Part shown: in pieces, positions 60,861 through 64,000 of the stretch
Layout of the letters: each line of letters opens with the position of its first letter
Position numbering within the stretch: the first letter of the stretch is position 1
Assembly: GCA_016297495.1 (NCBI GenBank)
Contig: JAEDGN010000002.1
Location: 12,443-76,442 of the forward strand
Direction of reading: 5' to 3'
Length of the DNA: 64,000 nucleotides
Source: Coprococcus sp.
GTDB taxonomy: Bacteria > Bacillota > Clostridia > Lachnospirales > Lachnospiraceae
Program-made: the position numbers and the translations under genes
Notes under the pieces: generated by a model
The model's input: only the letters and a program-made list of their open reading frames with translations
Told to the model about the DNA's origin: nothing
Database searches by the model: none

Positions 60861-61148
60861 TTTGTAAATCTCCTTTTTGAATCATTAATAGTTTTGCTTA
60901 TCCCCATATAAAATGTTTATTCGGCCCTTTGCCGTACACACATAAAATTACTATACGATAAGATATATGAAAATGCAAGTGTTAAATAATAGTCATTCAT
61001 TTGGGGAACGGAGATGCTATGAAACAAGGATTTATAATTTAAAAAATGCAATTTCTATTGTTTAAAATTTCACATAGGTTGTTTTGTGCCTTTAAAAATC
61101 AAAATGGAGAGAGATGAAACACAGGAATAGAACAAGAAATGATATCTT

Positions 61149-61187
61149 TTTTATAGTGATATAGATTGAAACTATATCACTATAAAA
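61149..61187. promoter_or_regulatory. 16-bp inverted repeat with ATAG-N7-CTAT core (LysR site or terminator)
   Basis: TTTTATAGTGATATAG-attgaaa-CTATATCACTATAAAA between lysR 3' end and pyc promoter. Confidence 0.55.
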
Positions 61188-61246
61188 CTTATGTATTGGA
61201 TTAATCCTGAGATTTGAGCTACAATAATGACCAGGGATCACTGTAA

Positions 61247-62113
61247 TTATATACATCTGGCTGCCGCGATCAGGTTTCGCAGATGAGGAGATATTTGATG
61301 CCCGGCTTTCCAGATCAGATCGATTTCCGTAGGGGGAAGTTCCGGAACAGTCAGTTTGATAATGTCACTGCTTTCTTCCAGGACATGATCCAGAAGAAAG
61401 GAAGCCACTGTGTTGTTGGCGACCAGCTGCTGGATAGTGGCCAGTTGGTTGGTGCGGACGACAACATTGAGGGTCAGTCCTTTGTCATGATAGAACTGTC
61501 GGATACAGTCGTTCAGGAAAGTATCCTCCGGCAGCATCGCCAGCGGGAGTCTGTTCAGGTCTTCAATAGAAAGTCTGTCTTTGGATGCCAGAGGATTGGA
61601 AGCAGCCACATATAGACAGATATCCACATGCCGCAGTGCAACATGACCATAGCCCGATGACAGAGGACTGTTTCTGGTAATAATTGCCGCATCCAGTGTG
61701 TTGTCCAGAACTTTTGTACGATTGGCGAGCGAGCCGTTTTCCATGACCTGGATATGCGTACCAGGTGAGCGGGCATAGAGAGCCTGAAGCAGATCGGCGA
61801 AGACAAGAGAACCACTCATGGCAGGCAGCCCGAGGGAAACTGTATGATTGTCATTGCCCAGCTGCTTCATATGGTCCGCAAGATGTTCGGCCTGAGTCAG
61901 CAGTTTGTTTGTCTCTTCAAGAAAATACTGTCCCTCCGGGGTCAGTTCAAGACCGCGGCTTCGGCGGTTGAACAGGGCGACACCGAACTCCTGCTCAAGC
62001 TCTTTCACGGCACTGGAAAGGCTGGGCTGGGAAATATGCAGTTCTGCAGATGCCCGGGTGATATTATTGTATTTGCAGATAGTCTGAAAATATTTCAACT
62101 GTGTCAAAGTCAT
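61247..62113 (-). CDS. LysR family regulator
   Basis: NITRASAELHISQPSLSSAVKELEQEFGVALF; ATG 62113 after GAGG. Confidence 0.93.
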   Translation of the reverse strand: MTLTQLKYFQTICKYNNITRASAELHISQPSLSSAVKELEQEFGVALFNRRSRGLELTPEGQYFLEETNKLLTQAEHLADHMKQLGNDNHTVSLGLPAMSGSLVFADLLQALYARSPGTHIQVMENGSLANRTKVLDNTLDAAIITRNSPLSSGYGHVALRHVDICLYVAASNPLASKDRLSIEDLNRLPLAMLPEDTFLNDCIRQFYHDKGLTLNVVVRTNQLATIQQLVANNTVASFLLDHVLEESSDIIKLTVPELPPTEIDLIWKAGHQISPHLRNLIAAARCI

Positions 62114-62214
62114 AAAAACCTCTTCATATGAAAGCATAGTGATTGATATAAAAAAGTATATCGCAGGCTGATGAAACATTCAATAAAGATTTTTTTGAAA
62201 GGAGTATTTATAAT

Positions 62215-62769
62215 ATGAAGGAATTATTTGAACTGTTCATTGTTTTTGCCAAAATTGGCGGCTTCACTTTTGGCGGCGGTTACGCCATGCTGCCGATTCT
62301 TCAGAGGGAAGTGGTGGAAAACAAGAAATGGGTAACCAGTGAGGAGCTGATGGATTATTATGCCATTGGTCAGTGCACGCCGGGCATCATTGCCATCAAT
62401 ACGGCTACCTTTATCGGTTATAAGCGAAAAGGGGTTATCGGCGGTATCGTAGCGACGGCAGGCTGCGTGGCTCCATCACTGGTCATTATCATGATCATTG
62501 CGGCATTTATTAACAGTTTTACGCATATTACATGGGTACAGCATGCACTGGCAGGAATCCGTGTGTGTGTATGCATTCTTGTGCTGAATGCAGTGCTGAA
62601 ACTGGCGAAGAAGTCTCTTATTGATGCGGCCACCTATATTATTTTTGCGGCCATTGTTGTTCTGTCATTGTTTACTGATGTGGCGGCATTTGTATGGATT
62701 GTCTGTGCAGGTGTGGCAGGTATTGTCATTAAGACACTGATAGAGCGTGCAAAAGCACAGAAAGCATAA
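62215..62769 (+). CDS. Chromate transporter (short-chain CHR, subunit 1)
   Basis: FTFGGGYAM, QCTPG motifs. Confidence 0.9.
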   Translation: MKELFELFIVFAKIGGFTFGGGYAMLPILQREVVENKKWVTSEELMDYYAIGQCTPGIIAINTATFIGYKRKGVIGGIVATAGCVAPSLVIIMIIAAFINSFTHITWVQHALAGIRVCVCILVLNAVLKLAKKSLIDAATYIIFAAIVVLSLFTDVAAFVWIVCAGVAGIVIKTLIERAKAQKA

Positions 62770-62781
62770 GGAGGGAAAGAG

Positions 62782-63348
62782 ATGCCATTATTACTACAGC
62801 TTTTCTGGGAATTTTTTAAGACAGGACTTTTTGCCATTGGCGGTGGTCTTGCAACATTGCCGTTCCTTTATGATATGCAGGCGAAGACGGGATGGTTTAC
62901 GCTTGATGATATATCCAATATGATTGCCATCTCTGAATCGACACCGGGACCAATGGGTGTCAATATGGCTACCTACACAGGCTTTACATCCATGGGAGTC
63001 TTCGGTGGAATTATCGCCGTTGCGGGTCTGGTGACGCCGTCCATTATTATCATCATTATAGTGTCGAATATCCTGGAAAAATTCAAGACAAATAAGTATG
63101 TTCAGTATGCGATGTATGGACTGCGTGCCGCGTCGGTGGGACTGATCTCAGTTGCGGGGCTGCGTGTGGCTGAAGCTGCTTTCCTTCGGACGCAGCTGTA
63201 TCAGCAGACAGGTTCGATCATGGATCTGCTTAATCTAAAAGCATTTATCTTTGGTGTGATTCTTTATATTGTTTACAAAAAAACTGACAAACATCCGATT
63301 ATTTATATTATTGCATCTGGTGTGATTGGTGTTATACTTAGTCTGTAG
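62782..63348 (+). CDS. Chromate transporter (short-chain CHR, subunit 2)
   Basis: FAIGGGLA, ESTPGPMGVNMATY. Confidence 0.9.
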   Translation: MPLLLQLFWEFFKTGLFAIGGGLATLPFLYDMQAKTGWFTLDDISNMIAISESTPGPMGVNMATYTGFTSMGVFGGIIAVAGLVTPSIIIIIIVSNILEKFKTNKYVQYAMYGLRAASVGLISVAGLRVAEAAFLRTQLYQQTGSIMDLLNLKAFIFGVILYIVYKKTDKHPIIYIIASGVIGVILSL

Positions 63349-63448
63349 GGTTGATTAAGCTTACAATTGATCCGATGCATGCAGTGACATGATAATTGTT
63401 CATTCCGGCATGGTTACGCGGATGAATTGTAAAAAGGAGGAATACAAA

Positions 63449-64000
63449 ATGAATTATAATGAAGTAATTGAGAATGCACGCGGTAATATCGGAAAGTTCT
63501 GTAAAGCATGTCCTGTATGTAACGGTATGGCCTGCAGAAATACGGTGCCGGGTCCGGGAGCCAAGGGAGTCGGCGATACAGCGATCCGCAACTATCAGAA
63601 ATGGCAGGAAATCCGTGTGAATATGGATACTTTATGTGCAACGGGGCCGGTTGATACTTCCCTGGAACTCTTTGGCAAGACATTTAAATATCCATTTTTT
63701 GCAGGTCCTGTGGGTGCGGTCAATCTGCATTACAGTGAAGCCTATGATGATGTTTCTTATAATAAAGTACTGGTATCTGCCTGTGCAGAGAATGGTATTG
63801 TGGCATTTACGGGTGATGGTACCAATCCAAAGGTTATGGAGGCGGCTACAGATGCCATTGCTCAGGCGGGCGGTATGGGTGTCCCAACGGTAAAGCCATG
63901 GAATATTGACACCATTCGTGAGAAGATGGAACTGGTGAAAAAATCGGGTGCTTTTGCTGTTGCCATGGATGTGGATGCAGCAGGACTTCCATTCCTGAAA
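63449..64000 (+). CDS. FMN-dependent alpha-hydroxy-acid oxidase/dehydrogenase (runs off window end; not in ORF track)
   Basis: RBS AAAGGAGG; MNYNEVIENAR...CKACPVCNGMAC...PGPGAKG...RNYQKW...PFFAGPVG...FTGDG...VKPW...MDVDAAGL open to 64000. Confidence 0.85.
   Translation, partial: MNYNEVIENARGNIGKFCKACPVCNGMACRNTVPGPGAKGVGDTAIRNYQKWQEIRVNMDTLCATGPVDTSLELFGKTFKYPFFAGPVGAVNLHYSEAYDDVSYNKVLVSACAENGIVAFTGDGTNPKVMEAATDAIAQAGGMGVPTVKPWNIDTIREKMELVKKSGAFAVAMDVDAAGLPFLK

Overview
Chromosomal window from a low/moderate-GC Firmicute (gene content and style suggest Lachnospiraceae/Clostridiales; inference). Mostly metabolic and housekeeping genes: an anaerobic purine-degradation module (NCS2 permease-ssnA-ygfK), ECF sigma/anti-sigma pair, beta-carbonic anhydrase, cls, two MATE pumps, a 2-hydroxyacyl-CoA dehydratase activase-type protein, carB, a hexuronate operon (uxuA-dehydrogenase-uxaC-eda-kdgK), CIRCE-controlled hsp20 pair and clpB, an atypical gap paralogue beside a double-HTH LysR, pyc, a chromate transporter pair and a truncated alpha-hydroxy-acid oxidase. 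Accessory or decaying material is interspersed: two internally deleted Rpn-like (PD-(D/E)XK) genes that keep small C-terminal ORFs, an AT-rich Panacea antitoxin/frameshifted toxin cassette, a prophage scar (terminase tail + portal head) next to an intact DinJ-YafQ-type TA pair, and two genes broken by single in-frame stops. The most unusual non-coding signal is a pair of long intergenic hairpins 27.6 kb apart with unrelated outer stems but an identical 16-nt loop, plus two free partial copies of the same motif. No rRNA, tRNA or CRISPR array was seen. All family calls come from reading motifs by eye; no database search was run.
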